The notes beneath the pieces are model-generated. The model was given only the letters and a program-made list of their open reading frames with translations, made no database searches and was not told the DNA's origin. 64,000 bases of DNA from Chiloscyllium plagiosum (Eukaryota): the NCBI RefSeq assembly GCF_004010195.1, contig NC_057718.1, positions 63,016,225-63,080,224 of the forward strand. Direction: 5' to 3'. The position numbers and the translations under genes were made by a program. Below are positions 1 through 13,329 of the stretch, piece after piece (position 1 is the first letter of the stretch; each line of letters starts with the position of its first letter).

Positions 1-578
1 AGAGTATTGAGTGTAGGAAATGGGAGGTCATGTTGCAGCTATACAGGACATTGGTTTGGCCACTTTTGGGAATATTGCGTGCAATTCTGGCCTCCATCCT
101 ATCGGAAAGATGTCGTGAAATTTGAAAGGGTTCAGAAAAAATTTACAAGGATGTTGCCAGGATTGGAGGATATGAGCTATAAGGAGAGGTTGAATAGGCT
201 GGAGCATCAGATGCTTATGGAGGTTTATAAAATCATGAGGGGCATCGACTGGGTAAATAGACAGTCTCTTCCTTGGGGTGGGCGAGTCCAGAACTCGAGG
301 GCATAGGTTTAGGGTGAGGGGGGCAAGATATAAAAGAGACCTATGGGACAACTTTTTCATGCAGAGGTTGATGAGTGTGTGGAACGGGGTGGCAGAGGAA
401 ATGTGGAGGCTACCACAAATGCAACATCTAAAAGGCATCTGGATGGGTACATGAATAGGAAGCGTTTCGAGGGATTGGGCCAAGTGCTGGTAGGTAGGAT
501 TAGTCTAGGTTGAGATATCGAGTTGGCATGGACAAGGTGGACCAAACAGTCAGTTTCCGTGCTTGACATCTCTATAAC
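1..578 (+). mobile_element. CR1 (HER1-like) LINE, 3' end
   Basis: ORF2 C-terminus EYCVQFW...ERVQKKFTRMLPGL, followed by the CR1 3' UTR shared with other copies in the window. Confidence 0.9.
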
Positions 579-959
579 TGAAGTATGCAATATTGAGATT
601 CACAGAACTCCTTCAGTAAAGCTTCAGTTGTGAAAATGATGTCTTCCAATGGATTTTTCACACTCAAACATTGATGAAAAAGCTTTAAAAGAATTGGTAA
701 AGACTTTTGCTTTTGTGGCAAGTTTTTTGTGACCATGTTCAAACCAAAATAACCTTTTATAGCCTGAAGCATGTAACCTCTTTGAAAAAGTGTTGTACAC
801 TTAGTGTCTCCATCCAAGCAGCTTGCTCTTTACAAATGCAACATTGATACTAGCTGCAGCAAGTTTTGCTTTGTAAAGTAACTTTCCAAAAAGTTCAAGA
901 TAAATATCTTGATACAGATAAAAATAAATACATACATATATGTACATTACAAGTGAATG

Positions 960-1178
960 CAGGGTGAGCCTCGTATCCACAGGATTGTTTTCCGCTGTTT
1001 CAGTTACCTACTGTTTACCACAGCCCAAACATGCTATGGGGAACGTTCCAGAACCAGGGACCAGGAGGCTACCAGGAAGGTACGTTTCCCATTTAAATGA
1101 ATGGGTTCGCTCCGATCCACAGTTTTGGGCTTCCACTGCAGGTCTTGCAACGTTTCCACGTGGATACGGGGTACTGCT
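960..1178. mobile_element. Tc1/mariner (Tigger/pogo-like) MITE, degraded
   Basis: Terminal inverted repeats CCTCGTATCCAC (969-980) and GTGGATACGGGG (1160-1171); about 220 bp; non-coding. Confidence 0.55.
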
Positions 1179-1271
1179 ATATTGTAAGTTAATATTTTGT
1201 GGAATATCGCTCAAACCAACATGCTTAGAGACTATAAAGCAACAGGAACAACCTTAATATCTTACTTTCCT

Positions 1272-1640
1272 GATTTGGAGGTGCCGGTGTTAGACTGGGG
1301 CAGACAAAGTTAATAGTCGTCCAACGGATTTATTGGGAAGTACAAGATTTCAGAGCACCTGCTCCTTTGTCAGGTAGCGAGTGGGGCAGGATCACTGATC
1401 TTTTCCTATAAATTCTGTGTCCTATGATCCTGCCCCAATAGCTACCTGACGAATGAGCAGCGCTCTGAAAGCTTGTACGTCCAAATAAACCCACTGGACT
1501 ATAACCTGAACATCAGGAATGATGAAGGGCTTATGCTCGAAAGGTCAATTCTCCTGCTCCTCGGATGCTGCCTGACCTACTATGCTTTTCCAGCACCACA
1601 CTCTGACTATAACCTGGGTGTTGTGAGATTTTTAACTTTA
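1272..1640. mobile_element. Penelope-like fold-back fragment with a second Penelope fragment nested inside
   Basis: Inverted arms; hammerhead-like core CTGACGA..GAGC-AGC-GCTC..GAAA at 1446-1470; same family sequence as 38174-38338. Confidence 0.75.
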
Positions 1641-1719
1641 TCTTATATTCATCAGTTTATTGACCTCCTTTCTCACCACATGTCAGAAACAATAACAACA
1701 GGGATCAAGGATATCACAA

Positions 1720-3420
1720 AGCAACTGTAGGGCACTCTTCTGGACGAGGGCGAATAGTCAGATGTTCTGGTCCACATTGGTAGCAATGACTTGGGTAAGA
1801 AGGGTATCTGATTCTGCAATGAAACTTTAGGGAGCTAGTTATCAAGCAGCATTTCAAACGTACCTCGTGCAAGTGGGTACGGAAATAGGAGCATCAGAAT
1901 AAAGTTATGCATGCTTGGAAAGATGATGCACGAGGGAGGACTTCAGATTCCTCGAACAGGCGCCGAGGAAGATGGCACCTGTTTAAGTTGGACACTCTGC
2001 ATCTAAAACAGAGCTGGGACATTTTGCTAGTGTAGTCAGGTGGGCTTTAAAAAAATTAACTTGGTTTGTGAGGACCAAGAAAGACTAGCAGAAGAGAATA
2101 TTGGGGTCCACAAATTATTGGTTTACTTAAATAGAGAATAGCTAAGGTTCTTAGGTGAAATAAGAGTAAGGGAGAAAGAAATATAGTTTAAATCAGAGTT
2201 ACTATGCACGTGTGAATGAACAGAATAAATAACATTGGAGAGTTATAGGTGCAAATTGTCATTTACAAGTATGATATTGCAACAATAACAGACACCTGGC
2301 TCAAGAAATAGTAGGGACTGGGTGTTAAATATTCCTGGGGATAAGGTGTTCAGAAAAGATATAAAAGAAAAGGAGCAGAGACAGCATTATTGGTTAGGGA
2401 GGGCATTGTCGTATAGGAGAAAAAGGATGTCTCAGAAAGTCCAAGGACAGATCAGTGGCAAGAGCTAGGGATTAAAAAAAGGTAAATTTACATTGCTAGC
2501 TATAGTCTATAAGCCAGCAAAGAATGGAAAAGATGAAGAAGAACAATTCTACAGGGAAATTTGATATCAAATGTCAATGAGAGACAGTAGGTTCAAAGGA
2601 AGACTTCAATTACTCAAATATAGACAGATACCAATAGTGTAGAGGGCAGGGGGACCTGTTCCTGAATTGTTTGCAGGAGAACTTCTTACGCAGCAGGTTT
2701 CCAGTCTAACAAGAAAGGATACACTGTTAGACCTGTTTCTTAGAAATGAGGTGGGGGAAGTGTATCAAGTGTCAGTGGAGAAACGTTGAAGAGACAGTGT
2801 TCACTGCATTGTAATGGATGACAGATAATGGAGAGTGACATACAACAATCCATAGTGGGTGAGAGAAAAAAAAAGTTAATTGGCAGAGAGCAGACTTCAG
2901 TGGAAGAAGAGAATGGGACAGGATTCACTGGAACAGGATGTTGGCAGGAGGAACAGTGACTGAACAAATGAGTTACCTTCAAAAGAGGTGATGATTCAGG
3001 AACAAAGTATATTGCCTCAACTAGAAAAAGTAGGACAAGCAAATCCAGACGTCCCCAGATGACAAAAGGAGATATAAATTAACATATAGAAAAATATACT
3101 ACATGCTTTAACAGGTATTAGGTAGAAAATTGAATTTCCTCTTGGTTCTCAATTTTAAGGTTCAGAGAGAGTGCATGAAAATAAACATGACAGAAGGAGG
3201 AATTATTTAAAAAGGCAAACAAATAAACATGAATGTCCTTAGGACTTCGATAAACATATAAGAGTAGAAGGGTGATTATTTAAAAAAAAAAGTAGGACCA
3301 CTTAGGTATATACACCTGGGATGGAGGGAGCATGGCTCAGGTGTTAGAACAAAGCATTAATTTGTCCTTACTTTACAGGGAGATGCTACCAGGCCATGCT
3401 ACCATAGAGGAGGAAACTCT
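1720..3420 (+). mobile_element. Old CR1 LINE remnant (ORF1 SGNH esterase plus ORF2 APE region)
   Basis: VHIGSNDLG motif near 1770; decayed APE motifs (YDIATITDTWL, GDFNY-like, LDL) with many stops and frameshifts. Confidence 0.7.
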
Positions 3421-5550
3421 ATTGCTGGAAAGGGAGATTTAAACAATCCTTAGATAAGCACATGGATGATTTTGTGATAGTGTAGGGGGAACGAGCGGAG
3501 AATAGTTTACAGGTTGGTACAACATCGAGGGCCAAAGGGCCTGTTCTGCGCTGTATTGAGGGTTTGGTTAAGAAAAAGAAGGAAGCAGATGTAAGGTATA
3601 GACAGGATAGATTGAGTGAATCCTTAGGAGAGTATAAAGGAAGTAGGAGCGAGTATACTTAAGAGGGAAATCAGGAGGGCAAAACGGGGACATGAGATAG
3701 CTTTGGCAAATAGAATTAAGGAGAATCCAAAGGATTGTCACAAATATATTAAAGACAAAGGGTAACTACGGAGAGAATGGGCCCCACAAAGATCACCAAG
3801 GCAGCCTTTGTGTGGAGCCATAGAAAATGGAGGAGATACTAAATGAGTATTTTGCATCAGTATTTACTGTGGAAAAGGATATGGAAGATATAGACTGTAG
3901 GGAAATAGATGGTGACATCTTGCAAAACGTCCAGATTACAGAGGAGGAAGTGCTGGATATCTTGAAACAGGTAAAGGCAGATAAATCCCCAGGACCTGAT
4001 CAAGTGTACCCCTGAACTCTGTGGGAAGCTAGGAAAGTGATTGCGGGGCTTCTTGCTGAGATATTTGTATCATCAATAGCCGGAAGACTGGAGGTTGGCA
4101 AATGTGGTGCCACTCTTTAGGAAAGGCAGTAATTACAAGCCAGAGATAAACCAGTGAACTTGACCTCGGTGGTGGGCAAGTTGTTGGAGGGAATCCTGAG
4201 GAACAGGATGTACACTTATTTGGAAAGGAAAGGACAGATTAGGGATAGTCAACATGGCTTTGTGAGTGGGAAATCATGTCTCACAAACTTGATTGTGTTT
4301 TTTGAAGAAGTAACAAAGAAGATTGATGAGGACAAAGCAGTAGATGCGATCTATATGGACTTCGGTAAGGTGTTCGACAAGGTTCCCCATGGGAGACTGA
4401 TCACCAAGGTTAGACCTCATGAAATACAGGGAGAACTAGCCATTTAATACAGAACTGGCTCAAAGATAGAAGACAGAGGGTGGTGGTGGTGGAGGGTTGT
4501 TTTTCAGACTGGAAGCCTGTGACCAGTGGAGTTCCACAAGAATCAGTGCTGGGCCCTCTACATTTTGTCATTTACATAAATGATTTGGATCACTTGGAGA
4601 GCAGTGAGCCGATACAGAGGTACAGTTAGTAAGTTTGCAGATGACATCAAAATTGGAGGCATAGTGGACAGCGAAGAGGGTTACTTAAGATTACAACATG
4701 ATCTTGAAGAGATGGGCCCATGGGTTGAGAAGTGGCAGATGGAGTTTAATTCAGATAAATACGAGGTGCTGCATTTTGGGAAAGCAAATCTTAGCAGGAC
4801 TTATACACTTAATGGTAGGGTCCTAGGGAGTGTTGCAGAACAAAGAGACCTTGGAGAGCAGGTTCACAGCTCCTTGAAAGTGGAGTCGCAGATAGATAGG
4901 ATAGTGAAGAAAGCGTTTGGTATACTTTCCTTTATTGGTCAGAGTATGGAGTACAGGAGTCAGGAGGTCATGTTGCGGTTGTACAGGACATTGGTTAGGC
5001 CACTGTTGGAATATTGCATGCAATTCTGGTCTCCTTCCTATCAGAAGGATGTTGTGAAACTTGAAAGGGTTCAGAAAAGATTTACAAGGATGTTGCCAGG
5101 ATTGGACAATTTGAGCTATAGGGAGAGGCTAAATAGGCTGGGCAGTTTTCTCTGAAGTGTCAGAGGCTGAGGGGTGACCTTATAGAGGTTTACAACATTA
5201 TGAGGGGCATGGATAGGGTAAATAGGCAAAGTCTTTTCCCTGGGGTCAGGGAGTCCAGAACTAGAGGGCATAGGTTTAGGAAGAGAGGGGAAAGATATAA
5301 AAGAGACCCATGGGGCAACTTTTTCACGCAGGTGTGGTACAGGTATGGAATGAGCTGCCAGAGGAAGTGGTGGAGGCTGGTACAATTGCAACATTTAAGA
5401 GGCATTTGGATGGGTATATGAATAGGAAGGGTTTGGAGGGATATGGGATGGGTGCTGGCAGGTAGGATAGATTGGGTTGGGATATCTGGTCGGCATGGAC
5501 GAGTTGGACCGAAGGGTCTGTTTCCATGCTGTACATCTCTATGACTCTAT
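3421..5550 (+). mobile_element. CR1 LINE ORF2 (RT) remnant with 3' UTR, preceded by a short 3' tail of another CR1 family
   Basis: KSPGPD, SQHGFVSGKSCLTNL, YMDFGKVFDKVPH, SKFADD, EYCMQFW motifs; disrupted by stops and frameshifts. Confidence 0.95.
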
Positions 5551-5749
5551 GTTCAATGTTCTAAAGGTTCAAAATTAATAAAGTGTTGAATTGACTCTTG
5601 GTACTTATGATTGACAGGGCACCAGGCTGGATACTTGGAAGCAAACTTTCCCTCTAATCTGCACACGCATTAGCACATCGATTTCCAGTTTTGAAAGTTG
5701 CTGCCATACATGAGCCACACAGGCCATGCAGCCAGTCAGAACATGAGAG

Positions 5750-6840
5750 AATGCTGCTCGAGAGAAGTGCCCGAGCACTGGAAAATTGAAACTTGAAAGG
5801 ATAAACCCAACAATTATAGATTAGTCAGTTTAACTTCAGTGGTGGGAAAGTTTCTAGAAAGAATTCTTCTGGATAAAATTGGTAGTTACGTGGAAAAAGA
5901 CGGATTGATTACAGAGTCAGGATGAATTTCTAAAGGGGAAACCACATTTAGCCAACATGAAGTTTTTGAAGAGGTTACAGAAATACTTATCAATACTAAC
6001 GATGTGGATGTGATTCATGTACATGGACTTTTAGAAGGTATCTGATACAGTGCCATACAACAGACTTGAGGAAAGTTAAGCATGGAATAAAAACAGTAGC
6101 AACAATGGATACAAAACTGGTTGAGTAATGGGAACCAGACAGCAATGGTCATAGGATAGTTTTCACACTAGAAGGTTGGTAGTGGAGTTCCCCAGGGGAC
6201 CGGTATTGGGACTTTGCTTTTCCTGATATATATGAATGATCAAAATCTTAGTGTGCAAGGTCAATTTCAAGTTTAATCATGATAAAATCAAAGAATTGTA
6301 AACTGTGAGGAAGACAGAAAAGAAATCCAAAAGGACACAAGTTGGTGGAGTGGGCAGATAGGTGGCAGATCAGATTCAATGAAGTGTAATGTGATGTATT
6401 TTGGCAAGAACACTGAAAGACAATATAAGATGGGGGTAAAATTCTATAAACATCCCTCCAGAAGCAAAGGGACTTAGGTGCATACATGCACAGATCATTG
6501 ACAGTAGCAGCACTGGCAGAGAAATTAATAAGAAAAGCCCACAGTATCCTCAGCTTTATTAAAAGAGGTGATGAGAAAAGAGCAGGAGAGCGATGTTGAA
6601 CTTGTATAATTCATATGTTAGGCCTTAGCTAGAATATGGTGTATAGTTCTGAGTGCCACATTATATGAGGAGGATGTGGACGCATTGGAGAAAGCTTAGA
6701 AGTGACTTACAACAACAGTTCCAGCGATGAGAAATTTCAGATCGGAGGATAAATTGAAAAAGTTGAGACTGTTCCTCTTGGAAAGGGTAAGGCTAAGAGA
6801 TTTGACAGATTTTGAAAATCATGAGCTAACTGGATAGCAA
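5750..6840 (+). mobile_element. Old CR1 RT remnant
   Basis: Decayed NYRLVSLTSVVGK, YMDF, SGVPQG motifs. Confidence 0.75.
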
Positions 6841-7435
6841 GTATGTAAGTTAGCTCGCTGAGCTTTAAGGTTTATTTTCAGACATTCATTACCATACTCG
6901 GTAACATAAATCATCAGTGAGAGTCTCTGGTGAAATGCTGGTTGCATGCCCCACCTCTCTATTTCTTGGTTTCTTCAGGTGGGTGATGTCATTTCTGGTT
7001 CTTTTGTTCAAGGGAAGGTAGATAGGGTCTAAATCGATGCATTTATTGATAGAGTTCTGGTTAGAATACCAAGCCTCTAAAAGAATTCTTGTGCGTATCT
7101 TTTCTTCACTTGTCCTAGGATGTGTGTGTTGCCCCAGTCAAAGTGGTGTCCTTTTTTGTCTATATATATAGCCACCAGGATACATGAACACTAACTGACC
7201 ACTAAAAGACACGACCCACTGTCACTGGTTATACACACACATCCTAGGACAAGCGAAACAAAGATATGCACTAGAATTCTTAGAGGCATGGCATTCTAAC
7301 CAGAACTCCATCAATAAATACATCAACTTAGACCCTACCTTCCTTCCCTTGAACAAAAGAACCAGAAATGACATCACCCACCTTAAGAAACCAAGACTAT
7401 AAATAGAGAGGGGGGACAATATCATCAGCGTTTCA
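6841..7435. mobile_element. Penelope-like fold-back fragment
   Basis: About 6950-7160 is the reverse complement of about 7200-7415; includes GIY-YIG C-terminal EFLEAWHS; degenerate CTGATGA core on the minus strand near 6880-6920. Confidence 0.75.
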
Positions 7436-7454
7436 TACTATACACATACATAGA

Positions 7455-7740
7455 GTTGGCATTGGCAAAGGCTGCATTTACTGCTCAAATCTAAATGCTG
7501 AGGACATAAGAGTCAGCCATGGATTGTGGAACTGGAGTCAGAAGCATGCTAAACTGGGCAACGATGGCACATTTCACTTTCCTGAAGGATATTTGCGAAG
7601 CAGTTGTTTGACAGCTTTCATGTCTATTTTACTTGCTGCCAGATAAAATCACCAAGATTTAATTAATTCAATCTCTCAATTTATCATAATAGAATTTAAA
7701 CACATGACCAGTTTTAGTCCAGTGTCACAACTACTGGACA
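7455..7740 (-). mobile_element. Old tRNA-type SINE (non-HE1), decayed
   Basis: Reverse-complement similarity to the copy at 38625-38950. Confidence 0.45.
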
Positions 7741-7859
7741 GAAAACACCTATCAAAAAAAAGTGTAACGTTGCAAACTGAAGTACATAAGTACCCAAGTT
7801 TGCACTGAAGCAATTACTCCAAGAACATATTTTTAGTGGAGATTGAAACTGTTTTAAGT

Positions 7860-8830
7860 TGCTCCATCCATTTCACCTCTTGATGGACATTTGTGGGACA
7901 ATTTTCATACCTCTATAATGATGAAGACAAATATAAAATATCTGTCAACTAACCTATTATTCATCCCATTACCCATTATTAATGCCTCAAATCTCTTACA
8001 GGACCATTACTTACTTTACTCTTTTCCATTTTAAACTCTTACTATCTGTTTTTAATGTTTATTGCTAAATAGCTCTCATTCATACTAACATTTTTTGTAA
8101 TTATTTATTTTTCTAAAACTATTCTTTCCAACCTTAAATGCCATTTATCTTGACAGTATGGTGCACTTTTCTGTCAACTGGATATTCTCTATAACTTCTT
8201 GAATTACCCAGGGAAGGTGTGGCCTTCCTCTAGGATCTATCATTGGAATAGATATTTGCTGAGTATTACAAATATCCCCTTAAAATGTCTACCATTGTAT
8301 CTCTACTGACCAATTCCGAAAACCATTTCCCAGTCCACTTTCGTCAGCCCTACCTTCACACCCTCAAAATTGTCCATCTTTAAGTTTGATAAAATACTTT
8401 AACAGACTCTTCTCTCCTCCAAAAATGAATGTGAAATACAACTATGTTATGATCACTATGGTAAAGGCATCCCTTCATCGCAAAGTCAGTAATCATAAAA
8501 TATCAATACAATGAATAGCCTGATCTCCCACAATTACCACAATTCTCTCAAGCTCCCCATTAGTCCTTCCTATTTCGGGAGTTTATAAATATACCCTCCA
8601 AACACGTTTACTTTTATGGTTTCTCATCTCTACTCAAAAGTTAATTCTACAATCTTGTTCTTTATAGCTAAAGCAAAGTAATCTCTCTTGCTGTATTCCA
8701 ATAATGTCATCCTTAATTCACAGAACTACCCCTGAACATTTCATAGCCTTCTGTTCTTCCAAACGTACTCTTGAACAATCAGGTCCCAGCCATTGTCAGC
8801 TTGAAAACAAGTGATGGTTCTCACAGTCAT
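7860..8830 (-). mobile_element. Very old CR1 remnant
   Basis: Decayed APE/linker motifs on the minus strand (SDHN, VIVG, VGEISG/GDFN-like). Confidence 0.5.
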
Positions 8831-9025
8831 ATGTTAGCTCTCTCCTACACTTGGTGGTGATGGCGATTTATAATAAACATAGAAGAAACAGCTTGCGATT
8901 TCTTAAGCAGCGTACAGGGTAAAGTAAGGGTAGCAGGAGGTTGCAAATAGTGGACGATTATCTCAAGTAGAAGAAAGGGACTCTGCAGTGGGAACAGGAA
9001 GGAGGCTACAAGATGGAAGAGGGGG

Positions 9026-9084
9026 NNNNNNNNNNNNNNNNNNNNNNNNNNNNNNNNNNNNNNNNNNNNNNNNNNNNNNNNNNN
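9026..9084. other. Assembly gap (N run) within a purine-rich low-complexity stretch
   Basis: Run of N flanked by GA-rich sequence 8990-9230. Confidence 0.98.
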
Positions 9085-10074
9085 GGGAGAAACAAATGGA
9101 GAAACAGAGGGGTGAGGGGTGGCAGAAATGGTGGAGGAAAAGAGGGATGGGAGAGGTTGCAAGTAGTGGTGAATAAAAGAGGTGGGAGTGTGGGAAGCCG
9201 GTAACAGTGAGGTGGGACTACATAAAGCCACAAAGATAAACATCAATTTTAAACCTGTTAACAGAAATATTCAGCTAGCTAGGAGCCAGGAAAAAGAAGT
9301 AAAAATCACTGAGGAATGAATTCCTTTCAAATTAAAATGGAATCTCTAGCTATAGGCTGCAAGTGTTCAGGAGCTATTATGGGGGAAATGTAGTGGATGC
9401 TTTTGTATTGAACACTGCATTAGTTATTGAACTTGAGTTCTGAGATACAGTAAAAAGGGTATTAACTGTCTGATTAAAATTTTCCAGCTTTACATACACG
9501 ATGAAAGCACATAGCTATCTCACCACCAAATTATGGAAAGGTGTGCTTCCTGTGATGTTTTATTTTGTGTAGGAGCGTCAGTTACTTTGGAAAAATAATT
9601 TTGCTAATTTATGACTATTTACAAGTGCTAATTTTTCCACCAGTGTCAGGGAGGTTAAATGCTTTCCTTACATGTTAAATCTTTAGGTTAATTGGAAGGC
9701 TGGTAATGGAGGATATTTATAAATTCTTCCCATTTTATTTCAATTCTTATGTACAATTCCAAATGCAACATATGTAATAATACACTTTGGATGTGTATTG
9801 ATTGGAGTGTATCACCTAATCAGTGACTGAGAATGATAAAGGAGCCCCAGAAAACCAAAAAGGTATCTTCCACTGACTGAAGCTCATCACCAATTGGAAA
9901 GTACCTCATTATATTCTGTTTAGGCCCAAAGTGCCTGCATTGAAACCATTTGTTCTATAGCCTGGTCTAGTTCGATATTTCTGTGTGATTATTTGCTGCC
10001 ATCTATGTTGTTTACAATACAACAATCACCATAATCAGCAACTTGGATACGTGTTTTAAGTCAGAGGTAAATGA

Positions 10075-10163
10075 GCCTGGGTGGGTTACTCTTCGGAGGG
10101 TCAGTGTGGACTGGTTGGGCCAAAGGGCCTATTTCCGCACTGTGGGGAATCTAATCTAATCTA
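10075..10163 (+). mobile_element. HE1 SINE 3' fragment
   Basis: GGGTCAGTGTGGAC...GGGCCAAAGGGCCT...CTAATCTAATCTA tail. Confidence 0.8.
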
Positions 10164-10789
10164 TTCAATAATAAGTTGTTAACAGAGTGCATACTGAAGC
10201 CCCAGCATCGATTCTTGAGCAACAATACAAATCACAAACTGTACATTATCCCGAATCATCTCCTGCTATCCAGCCAAACTCCCAATTATCACTAAATTTT
10301 ATTCAATTCCATAAACTTCAGCTAGCAATCTCTTTGAATGATTTTAAACAAATGACTTCCAAAGATCCATATAAAATAACTGTCATAGACAGACTTTCTC
10401 CTGTTACTACTTTAGTCACTTCTTCATAGTATTCAATCACGTTCATCAGATGTGACTTCCATAAATCCACGCTGGTACTCTCTGACCAGCTAAAAATACT
10501 TAAGATATTCAATCATGCTATACATTATTGCAGTTTCCAGCAACTTCCCCAGAATAGTTCACACAATTTTCCAATCACCTACTTCCTTTAAAGCCCTTGG
10601 TGGAAACTATCTGGCCCTGGGGAGTTGCACTCTTTAAAGTCATTACTTTATTACACTTATTTTGGCAAATCCCAATCTGATTTAATATTAGTTTTCTTGT
10701 GACTTCTGGTATGCTATCCCCTTGCTTTATGGCAAAAATTATGATTCAACATGTCAACCATTCCTTATTTTAATTGACAATAAAGATTT

Positions 10790-12545
10790 CAGGTTTACAA
10801 GAAGGCACCACCAAGCAACAAGTTGGTTTGCAGTGTGTCTACTTCAACATCAGGAGCATTCGGAATAAAGTAGGTGAACTTGCAGCATGGGTTGATACCT
10901 GGAATTTCAATGTTGTGGCCAGTTCGGAGACATGGATAAAGCAGGAACAGGAATGGCTATTGCAGATTCCAGGATTTAGATGCTTCAGCAAGAACAGAGA
11001 AAATTGTGGTGATGAGAAGAGCGTTGATAGTCAAGGACAGATATGGTAGACCCTTGGTAAGAATGTACCTGTCAGGCAGGGAGGAAGTTGTTGAGCACAG
11101 GAGCGATGGTTTACTTTCAAAGTTGAATCTCTTGTCAAGAGAAGAAGGTGGCTTATGTTTGGATCAGATGTGATGGGAGAAAGTGAGGACTGCATATGCT
11201 GGAGATCAGAGCTGAAAATGTGTTGCTGGAAAAGCGCAGCAGGTCAGGCAGCATCCAAGGAGCAGGAGAAGAGGGGTGCTGTAGATTACAGAGGGGTATA
11301 GATAAGCTGCAGAGCTGGGCTGAGGGGTGGGAAATGGAGTTTGATGCGGAAAAGTGTGAGGTGATTCACTTTGAAAGGAGTACCAGGAATGCAGAGTACT
11401 GGGCTAATGGTAAGATTCTTGGCAGTATAGATAAGCAGAGAGACCTTGGTGTCCACATACATGGATGCCTGAAAGTTGCCAGCCAGGTTGATAGGTTTGT
11501 TAAGAAGGCATATGGTGTGTTAGCTTTTATTGGGTAGAGGAATTGAGTTTTGGAACCATGAGGTCATGCTGCTGCTGTACAAAACTCTGAGCTTACAGTT
11601 CTGGTCACTACATTATGGGGAGGATGTGGAAACTTTGGTAAAGCGTTCAGAGGAGAGTTACTAGGATGTTGCCTGGTATGGAGGGAAGAAGGTCTTACAA
11701 GAAAAGGCTGATGGACTTGCGGCTGTTTTCATTAGAGAGAAGAGGGTTGAGAGGTGACTTGAGACATATAAAATTAGATTAGATTATCTACAGTGTGGAA
11801 ACAGGCCCTTCGGCCCAACAAGTTCACACCAACCCTCTGAAGAATAACCCACCCAGACCCATGTCCCTCTAACTAATGCGGGGAGAAAGTGAGGTCTGCA
11901 GATGTCTACCTCCTGCCCAAAATCCACAAACCTGACTGCCCCGGACGACCCATCGTCTCAGCCTGCTCCTGCCCAACCGAACTCATCTCGGCATACCTCG
12001 ACACGGTCAGCAATAAAGTTTCAACCTCTAACTAATGCACCTAACACTATGTTCAATTTAGAATGGCCAATTCACCTGACCTACACATCTTTGGACTGTG
12101 GGAGCACCCAGAAGAAACCCATGCAGACACAGGGAGAATGTCTGTGTGGAGTTTGCACAGTCACCCGAGGCTGGAATCGAACCTGGGTCCCTGGCGCTAC
12201 GAGGCAGCAGTGCTAACCACTGAGCCACCGTGCCGTCCAGTAAATAAGTAGTTTAGATAGAGTGGACAATAAGAGCCTTTTTCCTCAGATGTTAATGGCT
12301 AGCACGAGGGAATATAGCTTTAAATTGAGGGGTGATAGATACAGGACTGATGTCACAAGTAGGTTCTTTACTCAGGAGTAGTAGGGGTGTGGAACACACT
12401 GTCTCCAACAGTATTAACTTGCCAACTTTAAGGGCAATTAAATGGTCATTGGATAGGCATATGGATGAGAATGGAACAGTGTCGATTAGATGGGCTTCAG
12501 ATTGGTTCCACAGGTTGGCGCAACAGGGGGTCAAAGGGCATGTGA
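10790..12545 (+). mobile_element. CR1 LINE remnant with internal deletions, interrupted by a Penelope fragment (11177-11270) and HE1
   Basis: LQCVYFNIRSIRNK (APE start), ETW, then EGCCRLQRGID...QRDLGV and 3' UTR; sits inside an older minus-strand CR1 (about 10200-10770 and 12545-13050). Confidence 0.85.
11774..12237 (-). mobile_element. HE1 SINE split by a Penelope fragment
   Basis: V-domain and tRNA-like head; insertion 11880-12024 flanked by duplicated CCTCTAACTAATGC (11866-11879, 12025-12038). Confidence 0.85.
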
Positions 12546-13329
12546 TGTCCAACAATTGCACTGATAGCAGTTTTCAAAAAAATTGTATCACTTAATTGTA
12601 AAGTCTGACTTGATTTTGCCATTCTTTGCGAATTTCCTTTCATTCATTTTTTTCAAAAATCACCTTTTGGAGTTCTTTGCCTCTCACATTCACTAGATGC
12701 TTTATGTTGTCTTTCTCCCCTAGTAATCAATGCCTTTTTTTTGGCTAGATTTCTCACCCCAAAGGATTAGAAATTCCTTCTGTATCACAGATTCTTTTTA
12801 AAACACCTCCCACTGATCTGTAATTTTACCCATTCACAGGTATGCTAAGTTTACTGAGAATAATCTCATGGCACTGAAGTCAGCATTACCCAATTCTATA
12901 ATATTAGCAGCTGTTGGAGTTTCTCCCTTTCAAACACTACACGGACCTCAAAATAATATTATAAATCACAATTAGATAAATTATTATGTGCTGTTAGGCA
13001 AATTAAATCTGGTTTATTACTAAACCAAATATAACATGCTCTTGCTCAGTCTAAAAAGGGAGTGTAGAAGGAGCTATACCAAACAAAAAAATTCTTTGAA
13101 CAGAAATCAAAGTTAATGTTTCAGGTCCAGTGACCCTTCCTCAAAGTCCACCTGATCCAAAACATTAACTGCGATTTCACTTCACAGATGCTGCCAGACC
13201 TGCTGAGCTTTTCCAGCCACTTCTGCAGTTCTTTTGGTTTTTACAAAAAAATTCAGTACTATTCTCCTACACATTTATCCCAATCTATAAAACAAGTTAA
13301 AAGCCACCATTAAAATCTTTACTTTTGTG

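Noticed and set aside
572..920. 81-aa minus-strand ORF (MDGDTKCTTLF...) in unique sequence
   Set aside because: No recognisable domain, a non-ATG start, a stop just upstream in frame, and it ends inside a CR1 tail; unresolved, but not supportable as a CDS
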